A stretch of DNA of 64,000 nt from positions 202,678,001-202,742,000 of the forward strand of contig OZ024742.1 of assembly GCA_964016885.1 (NCBI GenBank), in the 5' to 3' direction. The first letter of the stretch is position 1, and the number at the start of each line of letters is the position of its first letter. This DNA comes from Eledone cirrhosa (taxonomy: Eukaryota). This document shows positions 1 through 12,459 of this stretch, piece after piece. The notes under the pieces were generated by a model. It was not told the DNA's origin. It was given only the letters and a program-made list of their open reading frames with translations, and made no database searches. Position numbers and translations under genes: made by a program.

Positions 1-111
1 TTTTTTAATTTCTTTCTATTATCTTTTATTCTCTTCTACTCTCATTCGATTTACCTATTCTATAAACTCCATCCTCCACTTCATACCTTATCCTTAGAAT
101 CTGCTGTATAC

Positions 112-730
112 ATATCACTTTCAACGCTTGACCGCTCCACTCACTCCCCTATTGATCTACAGGCAAGTTCAGTCACCCCTACCTCCTACCAAATGCCATG
201 ATAGACTTATTTGTGTTTACAACAAATTTTAACCAATCCTCTTGACAACTACAATCTTCCCATATAATGAAGTACCCCCTTGAAAAGTTCGGCTATTTAT
301 TCACCAGGCTAAAAATTCTAATTTAGTCCAGAAATCGCCGTCGAAATAGCTTGAGCTCTGCCGTCGGGGTCATACATTTTCCTATATATACAACCAATGA
401 AGTGTGTTAAGGGACCAGAATTTCATACACACGTCTTAGCATTTGCTGTATAGCATTCACTTTCAACGCTTGAACGGTGCTACCCACTCCCTCATTGTTC
501 TACAGGCAAATTCAGCCACCCCACCTCCGAATCCATCGCCATGAAAGATTAAATTGTGTTTACAAGAAATGTTGGCCAATACTCTTGACAACTACAATCT
601 TCCCATATAAGGAATTACCCCTTGAAAAGTTCAGCTATTTATTACCACGCTATAAATTCTAATTTAGTCCAGAAATAGCTGTCGAAACAGCTTTAGCTCT
701 GCCGTCGGTGTCTTGAACATGTTCCTATAT
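112..730 (+). repeat. Two diverged tandem copies (~340 bp period) of an HHR-bearing PLE pLTR-like unit (family A)
   Basis: tcactttcaacgcttga...gagctctgccgtcggggtc at ~115-385 and again at ~457-730; both copies end in TA runs. Confidence 0.75.
274..370 (+). ncRNA. Type I hammerhead ribozyme, U3-A8 core variant (second copy 617-711)
   Basis: ACCCC(C)-TTGAAAA-stem II (CGGCTATTT...AAATCGCCG)-GAAA-stem III (consensus CGGC TTGAGCTCA GCCG in other copies)-TC-GGGGT. Confidence 0.7.
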
Positions 731-793
731 ATATTTATATTTATATGTATATGAATATATATATTTATATGTATATGTATATATATATTTATA

Positions 794-830
<37 letters not shown>

Positions 831-835
<5 letters not shown>

Positions 836-1334
836 AAGTAAAAGCGAAGTAGTTTCAGACCTTTAATAATAATGCTGTGATATATATTTCAATGACGACA
901 CTGGCCACACTGTTCTGTGTGCGAGTGTCGTGACATCATCAGACAGCTTGTTACATAATAAGGTTGTTTCCGAGGCAATCCAAATTGAATCGACATGGGA
1001 ACGGATAAAGTTCGTGCTTTTGGGTTTTTCATCCGTTCCCTTGTGAACGGATGAAAAACCCAAAAGCACGAACTTCATCCGTTCCCATGTCGATTCAATT
1101 TGGATTGCCTCGGAAACAACCTTATTATGTAACAAGCTGTCTGATGATGTCACGACACTCGCACACAGAACAGTGTGGCCAGTGTCGTCATTGAAATATA
1201 TATCACAGCATTATTATTAAAGGACTTGAACATCTGAAAGTACTTCGCTTTTACTTATTCGATATTTACTCCGTCACTCCTATGTGGAAAAAGTACGTTG
1301 AGTGGTTGAATTGAATTGCATCAATGTTTACCCT

Positions 1335-1335
<1 letters not shown>
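831..1335. mobile_element. Non-coding fold-back HHR element (family B) in (TA)n
   Basis: Near-perfect inverted arms 831-1038 / 1045-1260 with a 6-nt loop, plus a one-sided tail to ~1335; homologous to 53561-54720. Confidence 0.85.
1136..1209 (+). ncRNA. Type I hammerhead ribozyme (mirror copy on minus ~874-947)
   Basis: GCTGT-CTGATGA-long stem II (ACGACACT...AGTGTCGT)-GAAA-TATATA-TC-ACAGC. Confidence 0.85.
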
Positions 1336-1393
<58 letters not shown>

Positions 1394-1462
1394 GATATAG
1401 AGAGAGATATAGATATATATATAGATATATAGATAGATATGCCTATGTATATATATGTAAAT

Positions 1463-1497
<35 letters not shown>

Positions 1498-1512
1498 CAT
1501 ATGTATATATAA

Positions 1513-1920
1513 ATTATATTAATAAATGGAGACTACATTTATAAAACCATATTTATTCTATTATATATATTTCAATGGTACCAAAGATTCGGTACCCTCT
1601 CATCAGATAAAATACAAAATTTGTTTTATAAATAGTGACATACCCAGGAATCGGACCTTAGCGGTTCAAGTTCTGTTTGGATATCCAAACAGAACTTGAA
1701 CCGTCACTGTTTATAAAACAAATTTTGTATTTCTTCTGATGAAAACGTACCAAAGTGTTGGTACCCTTCAAATATATATAATAGAATAAATATGGTTTTA
1801 TAAATATAGTCTCCATTTATTAATATCATTTATATTATACTCCAGAAACTTGTCGAGTGCTTCGAACCTGTTTTAAATATATTTGTTGAATTACCAACAA
1901 ATTAAATATCTCTTTGCTTA
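1513..1920. mobile_element. Fold-back HHR element (family C)
   Basis: Inverted arms ~1513-1638 / 1703-1832; inner perfect palindrome 1662-1703; CTGATGA-GTACC stem-GAAA on the minus arm; tail to ~1920; related copies at 6133, 39586 and 61355. Confidence 0.8.
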
Positions 1921-1924
1921 TATG

Positions 1925-1978
<54 letters not shown>

Positions 1979-2430
1979 CCCCACATTAATTCCTCAATTT
2001 GTATGTGTGGATGTGTGTGTGTGTGTGTTTGTGGGGGTGGGGTGAGTGTATGTGCAAGTCAACCAACATAAGTCTTTTTATATGTAAATTTTCTAGTATT
2101 CTACTCTAACCATAATTTTCAGTAGTATCACTCCACATAAATTCCTCAATTTAAGAACGACCTGTAGTATCGAATTTCATACTATAAACCTCAATTGAAT
2201 ATATATCTGACCAGGAATGCTTTTTGTGAAAATCAGCCATATGGAACTATTGTCATCTTGCCTGACGGTTTGAACTTTACAACACCACCAGGCCTCTTTG
2301 AGGTCAAATACCAACCCTACTAGCATCTACAAACTGACCAATGAGAATTAAGACTATTCCTGCTGACAACATTAAATTATTCCTCACAAGCTCATATGTC
2401 CCAAGGCTCTGATACCATCAACACCATAAA

Positions 2431-2520
<90 letters not shown>

Positions 2521-2524
<4 letters not shown>

Positions 2525-2955
2525 AAATAAGTAAGTCAACCATGTTAAATTTGTTTGGTTTCGTTTATTATAAATTCTCTGCTATATATATTTCAGTGAC
2601 AGCTGTTATTTGCTGTGACCTCTTCAGGCAGTCCGAATTGGTGAGGAAAAGGCAGGTACACATGTCGGTGAAGTGTGCTTCACTCTGCCAATACATCGAT
2701 ATGTCCAACTCATGGGTGTGTTGTTAGTCCTCCGAGGAACTGGACTGCCTGAAGAGGTCACAGCCAATAATGGCTGTCACCGAAATATATATAGCAGTAA
2801 ATCTATAGTTTATAATAAACGAAGCCAAATTTTGCATGTTTGACTTATTTTATTTTACATTACTCCGGAGTAAACAAATCAACCTACGTACTTCGTCGTG
2901 TGCTCCAATCTGCATATTGAGATGTCGGTAAATAACCAGCATATACTCAAAATTT
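2521..2955. mobile_element. Fold-back HHR element (family D)
   Basis: Arms ~2521-2635 / 2742-2855 are inverted; tail to ~2955; flanked by (TA)n on both sides. Confidence 0.8.
2744..2798 (+). ncRNA. Type I hammerhead ribozyme
   Basis: ACTGC-CTGAAGA-GGTcACAGCCA ata aTGGCTGTcACC-GAAA-TATATA-TA-GCAGT. Confidence 0.9.
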
Positions 2956-2985
2956 ATATATATATATATATATGTATATATATAA

Positions 2986-4300
2986 ACTGAAAAAAATGAA
3001 ACGAAATTTCATTTCCCACACTTAGTACGGCTGCTACTTAAATATAAGTATGTACACGTACATACATATATCTATACAGACGTACAGTAGTATGTATATA
3101 TATATACATACATGCACACATATAAATGTACGTATGGATTCACTGAACATTTATTATAATCCTCGGTGTGTTTGTAAACAAACATCCCGTATTAAGCCGT
3201 AGTGTCTAGCAACCATCGTTGCTCGTTTGTTCAACACTGACAAAGGAACGCTGTACTAGTTTCAAGCTTATTAGCTACCGTCAGCAACGTATACCTTCCT
3301 GCCAAATTGTTGAACGTATATACTTACCTTATGCATATTAACGGCTGAGTAGCCCAATTTGCATATCGAGTGGGTTAATCGGCCCGGTGCACCGAAAACG
3401 ATAAACGAAAAAAATGAAACGAAATTTCATTTCCCATTCTTAGTACGGCTGCTACTTAAATATAAGTATGTACACGTACATACATATATGTATACAGACG
3501 TACAGTAGTATGTATATATATATATACATACATGCACACATATATATATGTACGTATGGATTCACCGAACATTTATTATAATGCTCGGTGTGTTTGTAAA
3601 CAAACATCCCGTATTAAGCCGTAGTGTCTAGCAACCATCGTTACTCGTTTATTCAACACTGACAAAGGAACGCTGTACTAGTTTCAAGCTTATTAGCTAT
3701 CGTCAGCAACGTATACCTTCCTGCCAGATTGTTGAACGTATATACATACCTTATGCATATTAACGGCTGAGTAGCCCAATTTGCATATCGAGTGGGTTAA
3801 TCGTATGTATATATATATATATATATATATATACATACTACTGTACGTCTGTATACATATATGTATGTACGTGTACATACTTATATTTAAGTAACAGCCG
3901 TACTAAGAGTGGGAAATGAAATTTCGTTTCATTTTTTCCGTTTATCGTTTTCGGTGCACCGGGCCGATTAACCCCCTCGATATGCAAATGAGCTACTCAG
4001 CCGTTAATATGCATAAGGTAAGTATATACGTTCAACAATCTGGCAGGAAGGTATACGTTGCTGACGATAGCTAATAAGCTTGAAACTAGTACAGCGTTCC
4101 TTTGTCAGTGTTGAACAAACGAGCAACGATGGTTGCTAGACACTACGGCTTAATACGGGATGTTTGTTTACAAACACACCGAGCATTATAATAAATGTTC
4201 GATGAATCCATGCGTACATATAAATATGTGTGCATGTATGTATATATATATACATACTACTGTACATCTGTATACATATATGTATGTACGTGTACATACT
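2986..4300. mobile_element. HHR repeat family E: two tandem ~420-bp units plus one inverted unit
   Basis: Units 2986-3403 and 3404-3803, then an inverted copy 3835-4300; same family at 36188-37121. Confidence 0.85.
4055..4097 (+). ncRNA. Minimal type I hammerhead ribozyme (minus copies ~3248-3290 and ~3669-3711)
   Basis: ACGTTG-CTGACGA-tAGCT aata AGCTt-GAAA-CTAG-TA-CAGCGT. Confidence 0.9.
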
Positions 4301-4309
4301 TATATATAT

Positions 4310-4366
<57 letters not shown>

Positions 4367-4512
4367 AAATTAATTAAATTAAATTAAATTAAGTGAATCA
4401 TGTCCGAGACATGCGCCATATCCACCGTAGAATAAGGTCAAAGGTTCCAATGAATAGATCCGACCATTTTATATCAACTAGAAATTGATTGACATATATA
4501 TATATATATATT

Positions 4513-4692
4513 TAAAATAAACACATGAAACAATCACAGGGGATAATTTGTAAAGTGTGTAATCACACATAGCTAGGTAGGTAACTAATTAAAGTTTAAC
4601 TAGAGCTTCAAATATTACCTTTAAAAATGATTAATCATTTTAAAAGGTAATATTTGAAGCTCGAGTTAAACTTTAATTAGTTATCTACCTAG

Positions 4693-4694
<2 letters not shown>
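4513..4694. repeat. Short fold-back element with a one-sided tail in (TA)n
   Basis: Palindrome ~4571-4694 centred on aatgattaatcatt. Confidence 0.65.
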
Positions 4695-4753
<59 letters not shown>

Positions 4754-5164
4754 ATTCTAAAGGATTTATCAAGGGATTTATTGACAGATGTGCCCGAGTG
4801 TACATGCGTGGGATATGATATTTGTGTGGAGTAATGTCAATTGCTCCTCTTATCTGAAATATCGACTATTGTGAAGAAATGGGAAAACTAATTAACTGTT
4901 AATTAACCTCTCGTTATATCTGGGCTTTCAAATAGGCGAGATATCTCATTGAAAATTCGTTGCTGTATTTCAAGTTGCATATTTATGTCGTCGCTGCAAG
5001 TAGGTTGATATGGCTGAGTCGATAAGTGACGTGTATGTTTGTTCTATGAATCTGGTTTGTGAGTTCAAATCTCGCTGCGGTCCACTTTGCTTTTTATCTT
5101 TTTAGAGTCTATTAGAAAATATACCGACCCTCTTTCCTTCAAGCTATCATATTTTTGAGGTTCC

Positions 5165-5660
5165 ATTGGACCAATATCCTCGGATACATACTACCAAGTC
5201 ACTTGATTGCAGTTTCTATCAACTAAATTTTAATCACAAGTTTTAGTCAACCCGATGCTATAGTGGCTGACACTTATCCATGGTATCATACTGTGGAATT
5301 AAATATATAATTATGTGTTTATAAAACGAGTTCTTTAACCACACAGCCATGCCTCATCTTGTGTGTATATATTAGTGTATCATTCTTTTGTATTTTTTCA
5401 ATATTTTTGTTATTGGACCAATATCCTTGGATACATAATACCAAGTCGCTTGATTGCAGTTTCCATCAACCAAATTTTACTCACAAGTCTTAAGTCAATC
5501 CGAGGCTATAGTTGCTGACACTGATCCAAAATACCGTACTATAGGACTAAGCACAGTCATGTGGTTACAAAACGAGCTCCCTAACCGCATAGCCATGCTT
5601 AGACATGTGTTTATATATTAGTATATCACTTTTGTATTTTTTTTATATTTTTATTATTTT
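5165..5660 (-). mobile_element. Tandem duplication of a decayed tRNA-derived SINE
   Basis: attggaccaatatcc...ccatgc repeated at ~5166 and ~5413; the minus strand resembles a tRNA head followed by a CORE-like body. Confidence 0.5.
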
Positions 5661-6041
5661 AATGGTTATTGTTATTCACATATCCCCTAATCCAATACAC
5701 CTACTAATTTAAATACAAGAAAATAAGAACTACCAATAATAACAGAGGATAAACAATGCTTTAATCATATAATGATTAAATCGAGGGAGAGTATAATCAG
5801 TTCTTGCATAAAATAGAGCGTTAACTTCATTCATTGCTTGGTCGGTGATGACATCTCACTTGCTAAATAAATTCTTCATCAAATTCGTCGTGTCAGTTGG
5901 TGACCTTCACAATCTTAATTCCCAAATACAATAAATCCCAGTAGAGAATAAATGTGAGCAGTCAATGTGTGTTAAAATAATTCAACTATGATTAACAGCT
6001 AATTTCTTCTTTCATGACCGTCTGTTTTATAAGTATAAACA

Positions 6042-6131
<90 letters not shown>

Positions 6132-6132
6132 C

Positions 6133-6265
6133 GATATTAATAAATGGAAACTATATTTATAAAACCATATTTATTTCATTATACATATTTCAGGGATACC
6201 AAATTAAATTATGGTATGCCTTCATCAGACAAAATACAATATATAACAGTTTTACAAATAAGCTT
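6133..6265 (-). mobile_element. Single-arm copy of family C with HHR
   Basis: Matches 1515-1635; minus strand reads CTGATGA aggcATACC...GGTATccct GAAA. Confidence 0.7.
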
Positions 6266-6860
6266 TGACGTACCCTATTAAAATGCAATCATTGTTTTTG
6301 GAAGTCATCCGGATAGTGATTTGTTTATATTACTTTAATAAGTCATAGTGTTAAGGACAATTAGAAAAAGACGGAGAGAAAGAAAAAGACGGAGAAAAAG
6401 AAAAAGACGGAGAGAAAGAAAAAAACGTGGAGAAATATCGGAGAGAGAGAGATGCATGGAGAAAAAAAGAAAGAGATAAGTAAAGACAGGAGGAAAGGAA
6501 GAAAAAAAGAAGAAAAAAGGAAGAAATAAGAAAAACAGAGGAAAGCAACAGAGAGATATTAAGTCAACAGACAGATAGAAAAACTCAAGAGAGAGAAATA
6601 TTATATAGAGAGAGAGGGAGATTATGAAAACTTTACGTCATGTCATATTAAGTTGAGTTAACAATTCATATGAAATGAATAAGATAAATATAAATATTAA
6701 TATTCATGAATGGGACATAGATATATAATATGAGAAATTAAACATTGTTTAATAATGACTATATGTTTAGTTTAAACCTTGAGATCAATATACCAAAATT
6801 TGGGTTTAATCTCCAAAATGTACACATTGCTAGAGAAGTCAGTATCTCAGGCAAAGACAC

Positions 6861-6920
<60 letters not shown>

Positions 6921-7790
6921 GCACGTCCTGAAAATAGAAATTATATTTACTCAAGTCAACAATATAGACATATAAAACGCAGACGATTTCTCTTAATCAC
7001 TGCTATACATTACTTGTGTTATAAAAAGTTCACAGTATATATATACGATTAACATTCATGACTTCATATATATGATTACCATTCATGCATTTAACATTTT
7101 GTTAAAATTATGCATATCTGCAATCCAAACTGCGTGGTTATGCAACATTACTCTTACCCACACATATACATACACACTCACATATACATATACACCTATA
7201 TATGTATAAATAAATATCTGCGTGCGTCTTCACGCATCGCTCATGTATACATACAGACATATATACAATCATAAAAAACCTATAACACTTTTATATGCAT
7301 GTTAATACACACATATACATTTGTATAGAAATAATCAAATATCAATATATTACTAAGGATTATACTTTGGAAATATAATTATACCAATATGAATTTAAAA
7401 TACCAAAGGATTATATTTTGGAAATACAACTATATCAATATAGTCAAAAGGACAAACGAATTCTAGAAATGTCAAAGCATTAAATATCTTTAAGACACTA
7501 TAGAGTATCTTAAGTTAAAATAATATGTTTCATATATTTAGTATAGAAAATTATCCTACTTATATTTCAATCAAGATATTGAAAGGGTAGACTTATGAGA
7601 ATTATGAGAAGCTATCAAAATCAAAGCAAAACTAATAAAAATAAATAAAAATAAAATAAAATAAAAGTTAAATAAATATTATATCAATATAATTTAAAAA
7701 TTTAAAAATTTAAAAATCTAAAAATTTCAAAAAATTTCAAAAAATATTTACTTGTTGTATCCCAACAATTTTAAATAGAACTTTTGCATA

Positions 7791-7844
<54 letters not shown>

Positions 7845-7850
<6 letters not shown>

Positions 7851-10800
7851 GAATTGGTGCTCTGAAATAGCGATATATATATGAATGTATATATAGTGTA
7901 TTTTGCAATACACTGTATGATTAATTAAAAGCATTTCGAAGACCTTACGCTATTGTTTTAGAGAAGTGACAGTCTCACTTATTTTAATTTTCAGCAAACA
8001 GGGGAGATAAAGCTGACAGAGCTCTGTTTAGCACTTTTTGGTGCTTATCAAAGCTGTTTGCTGAAAATCATGAATGTTTGATTTATATAGAATTCTAGTA
8101 ATAATCAGGAACTGATTATACAGAGCAGTTGCCGGTGAAGCAGTAATTGAAAATTAGAATTGGTGCTCTGAAATAGCGATATATATATGAATGTATATAT
8201 AGTGTATTTTGCTTAAACTAAAAGCATTTCGAAGACCTTACGCTATAGTAGTGACAGTCTCACTTACTTTAATTTTCAGCAAACAGGGGAGATAAAGACG
8301 AGAGAGATCTGTTTCGCACTCTTGTTTGTGGTTATCAAAGCTAAGTACTCCTCCTGTTTGCTGAAAATTATGAATGTTTGATACTTATAGAGTTCTAGTA
8401 ATAATTATGAAAGGATTATACGGAGCGGTTGTCGGTGAAGCAGAAATTGAAAATTAGAATTGGTGCTCTGAAATAGCGATATATATATTAATGTATATGT
8501 AGTGTATTTTGCAATACACTGTATGCTTAATTCAAAGCATATAGAAGACCTTACGCAATTGATTTAGAGTAGTGACAGTCTCACTAACATTAATTTTCAG
8601 CAAACAGGAGAGGTAAAGATGACAGAGCTCTGTTTCGCACTTTTTGGTGCTTATCAAAGCTAAGTATTCCGCCTGTTTGCTGAAAATCATGAATATTTGA
8701 TTCTTATAGAATTCTAGTAATAATCAGGAACTGATTATACAGAGCGGTTTCCGGTCAAGCAGATATTGAAAATTAGAATTGGTGCTCTGAAATAGCGATA
8801 TAGAATTGGTGCTCTGAAATAGCGAATGTATATATAGTGTATTTTGCTTAAACTAAAAGCGTTTCGAAGACCTAACGCTATTGTTTTAGAGTAGTGACAG
8901 TTTCACTTACTTTAGTTTTCAGCAAACAGGGATGATAAAGCTGACAGAGCTCTGTTTAGCGCTTTTTTTTTGGTGCTTATCAAAGCTAAATACTCCGCCT
9001 GTTTGCTGAAAATCATGAATAGTTGATGAATTCTAGTAATAATCAGGAACTGATTATACAGAGCGGTTGCCGGTCAAGCAGAAATTGAAAATTAGAATTG
9101 GTGCTCTGAAATAGCGATATAGAATTGGTGCTCTTAAATAGCGAATGTATATATAGTGTATTTTGCTTAAACTAAAAGCGTTCGTAGATCTTACGCTATT
9201 GTTTTAGAGTAGTGAAGGTCTCACTTACTTTAATTTTCAGCAAACAGGGGAGATAAAGCTGAGAGAACCCTGTTTCGCACTTTTTGTTTGTGCTTATCAA
9301 AGCTAAGTACTCCGCCTGTTTGGTGAAAATCATGAATGTTTTATTCTTGTAGAATTCTAGTAATAATCATGAACGGAATATATGGAGCGGTTGCCGGTCA
9401 AGAAGAAATTGAAACTTAGAAATGGTGCTCTAAAATAGCGATATAAATATGAATGTATATATAGTGTATTTTGCAATACACTGTATGCTTAATTAAAAGC
9501 ATTTACAAGACCTTGCGCTATTGATTTAGTATAGTGACTGTCTCACTTACTTTAATTTTCAGCAAACAGGGGAGATAAAGCTGACAGAGATCTGTTTCAC
9601 ACTTTTTGGTGCTTATCAAAGCTAAGTACTCCGCCTGTTTGCTGAAAATCATGAATATTTGATTCTTATAGAATTCTAGTAATAATCAGGAACTGATTAT
9701 ACAGAGCGGTTGCCGGTCAAGCAGAAATTGTAAATCAGAATTGGTGCTCTGAAATAGCGATATAGAATTGGTGCTCTGAAATAGCGAATGTATGTATAGT
9801 GTACTTTGCAATACACTGTATGCTTAATTAAAAGCATTTCGAAGACCTTACGCTATTGTATAAAGAGTAGTGACAGTCTCACTTACTTTAATTTTCAGCA
9901 AACAGGGGAGATAAAGCTGACAGAGCTCCGTTTCGTACTTATTGATGCTTATCAAAGCAAAGTACTCCGCCTGTTTGCTGAAAATCATGAATGTTTGATT
10001 TTTATACAATTCTAGTAATAATCAGGAACTGATTATACAGAGCGGTTGCCGGTCAAGCAGAAATTGAAAATTAGAATTGGTGCTCTGAAATAGCGAATGT
10101 ATATATAGTGTATTTTGCTTAAACTAAAAACATTTCGAAGACCTTACGCTATTGTTTTAGAGTAGTGACAGTCTCACTTACTTTAATTTTCAGCAAAAAG
10201 GGGAGATAAAGCTGACAGAGCTCTGTTTCGCACTTTTTGTGCTTATAGAAGCTAAGTACTCCGCCTCCTTGCTGAATCATGAATGTTTGATTCTTGTAGA
10301 ATTCTAGTAATAATCATGAACTGATTATACAGAGCGGTTGCCCATCAAGCAGAAATTGAAAATTAGAATTGGTGCTCTGAAATAGCGATATATATATAAA
10401 TGTATATATAGTGCATTTTGCAATACATTGTATGCTTAATTAAAAGCATTTCGAAAACCTTACGCTATTGTTTTAGAGTAGTGACAGTCTCACTTACATT
10501 AAGTTTTCAGCAAACAGGGGAGATAAAGCTGACAGAGCTCTGTTTCGTACTTTTTGGTACTTATCAAAGCTAAGTACTCCGCCTGTTTACTGAAAATCAT
10601 GAATGTTTGATTCTTGTAGAATTCTAGTAATAATCAGGAACTGATTATACATAGCTGTTGCCTCTCAAGCAGAAATTGAAAATTATAATTGGTGCTCTGA
10701 AATATCGATATATATATATGAATGTATATGTAGTGTATTTTGCAATACACTGTATGCTTAATTCAAAGCATTTAGAAGACCTTGCGCTATTGTTTTAGGG

Positions 10801-12193
10801 TAGTGACAGTCTCACATACTTTAATTTTCAGCAAACAGGGGAGATAAAGCTGACAGAGCTCTGTTTCGCACTTTTTTTGTGCTTATCAAAGCTAAGTACT
10901 CCGCCTGTTTGCTGAAAATCATGAATGTTTCATTCTTATAGAATTCTAGTAATAATCAGGAACTGATTATACAAAGCGGTAGCCGGTGAAAATTAGAATT
11001 GGTGCTCTGAAATAGCGATATATATATGAATGCATATATAGTGTATTTTACAATACACTGTATGCTTAATTAAAAGCATTTCGAACACCTTATGCTATTG
11101 TTTTTGAGTAGTGACAGTCTCACTTATTTTAATTTTCAGCAAACAAGGGAGATAAAGCTGACAGAGCTCTGTTTCGCATTTTTTGGTAATTATCAAAACT
11201 AAGTACCCCGCCTGTTGGCTGAAAATCATGAATGTTTGATTCTTATAGAATTCTAGTAATAATCAGGAACTGATTATACAGAGCGGTTGCCGGTTAAGCA
11301 GAAATTAAAAATTAGAATTGGTGCTCTGAAATAGCGATATATATATAAATGTATATATAGTGCATTTTGCAATACACTGTATGCTTAATTAAAAGCATTT
11401 CGAAAACCTTACGCTATTGTTTTAGAGTAGTGACAGTCTCACTTACTTTAATTTTTAGCAAACAGAGGAGGTAAAATTGACAGAGGACTGTTTCGCACCT
11501 GTTGGTGCTTATCAAAGCTGAGTACTCCGCCTGTTTACTGAAAATCATGAATGTTTCATTCTTATAGAATTCTAGTAATAATCAGGAACTGATTATACAG
11601 AGCGGTTGCCGGTCAAGCAGAAATTGAAAATTAGAATTGGTACTCTCAAATAGCGATATATATATAAATGTATATATAGTGTATTTTGCAATACAAACAT
11701 TCATGATTTTCAGCAAACAGGCGGGGTACTTAGTTTTGATAATCACCAAAAAGTGCGAAACAGAGCTCTGTCAGCTTTATCTCCCCTGTTTTCTGAAAAT
11801 TAAAGGAAGTGAGACTGTCATTACTCTAAAATATTAGCGTAAGGTCTTTTGATGTTTTTGCAAAATACACTATATATACATTCATATATATATCGCTATT
11901 TCAGAGCACCAATTCTAATTTTCAATTTCTGCTTGTCCGGCAACCGCTCTGTATAATTAGTTCCTCATTATTACTAGAATTCTATAAGAATCAAACATTC
12001 ATGATTTTAAGCAAATAGTTGGAGTACTTAGTTTTGATAAGCACCAAAAAGTGCGAAACAGGGCTTTGTCAGCTTTATCTCCCCTATTTGCTGAAACTTA
12101 AAGTAAGTGGGACGGTCACTACTCTAAAACAATAGCGTAAGGTCTTCGAAATGCTTGTAATTAAGCATACATTGTATTGCAAAATACACTATA
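7845..12193 (-). repeat. Tandem array of ~300-335 bp hammerhead-containing units (retrozyme-like satellite), with the last ~1.6 units inverted
   Basis: Unit start aaaattagaattggtgctctg at ~7845, 8150, 8450, 8769, 9087, 9411, 9731, 10067, 10360, 10679, 10988, 11307 and 11627; orientation flips at ~11695. Confidence 0.95.
10848..10893 (-). ncRNA. Representative array hammerhead (U3-A8 variant, GUC cleavage triplet); one per unit, plus-strand copies at 11732-11776 and 12030-12074
   Basis: Minus strand: AGCT-TTGATAA-GCAC aaaaaaa GTGC-GAAA-CAGAGCTCTG-TC-AGCT, enclosed by the long helix TTTTCAGCAAACAGG / CCTGTTTGCTGAAAA. Confidence 0.85.
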
Positions 12194-12196
12194 AAT

Positions 12197-12370
12197 GATG
12201 AATTGGCAGGGTTGGACGCCATGCTTTGCAGGACAATTACGTCCCTTTACAGACTGTGTTCAAATCCCGCCGAGGTTAACTTTGCCTTTCATCCTTACGG
12301 GGTCGATAAAATAAAGTACTAGTAATGAACTGGGTAATTGCTGGCCTTGTCTGAAATGTAGAATCAATTA
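12197..12370 (+). mobile_element. tRNA-derived SINE (mollusc Meta/MESC-like central domain)
   Basis: B-box gttcaaatccc, then tttgcctttcatccttacggggtcgataaaataaagtac and ggccttgt...tagaatcaattat. Confidence 0.8.
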
Positions 12371-12459
12371 TATATATATATTATTATATATAAATAAAGA
12401 AACCATTATTATTATCAGTAGTAATAATAGTATATATATGTGTGAGGGGGGGGGGGGGA

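Noticed and set aside
863-1153. 96-aa ORF and similar ORFs at 53598-53921 and 54480-54683
   Set aside because: Chance frames through the family B palindromic ribozyme element
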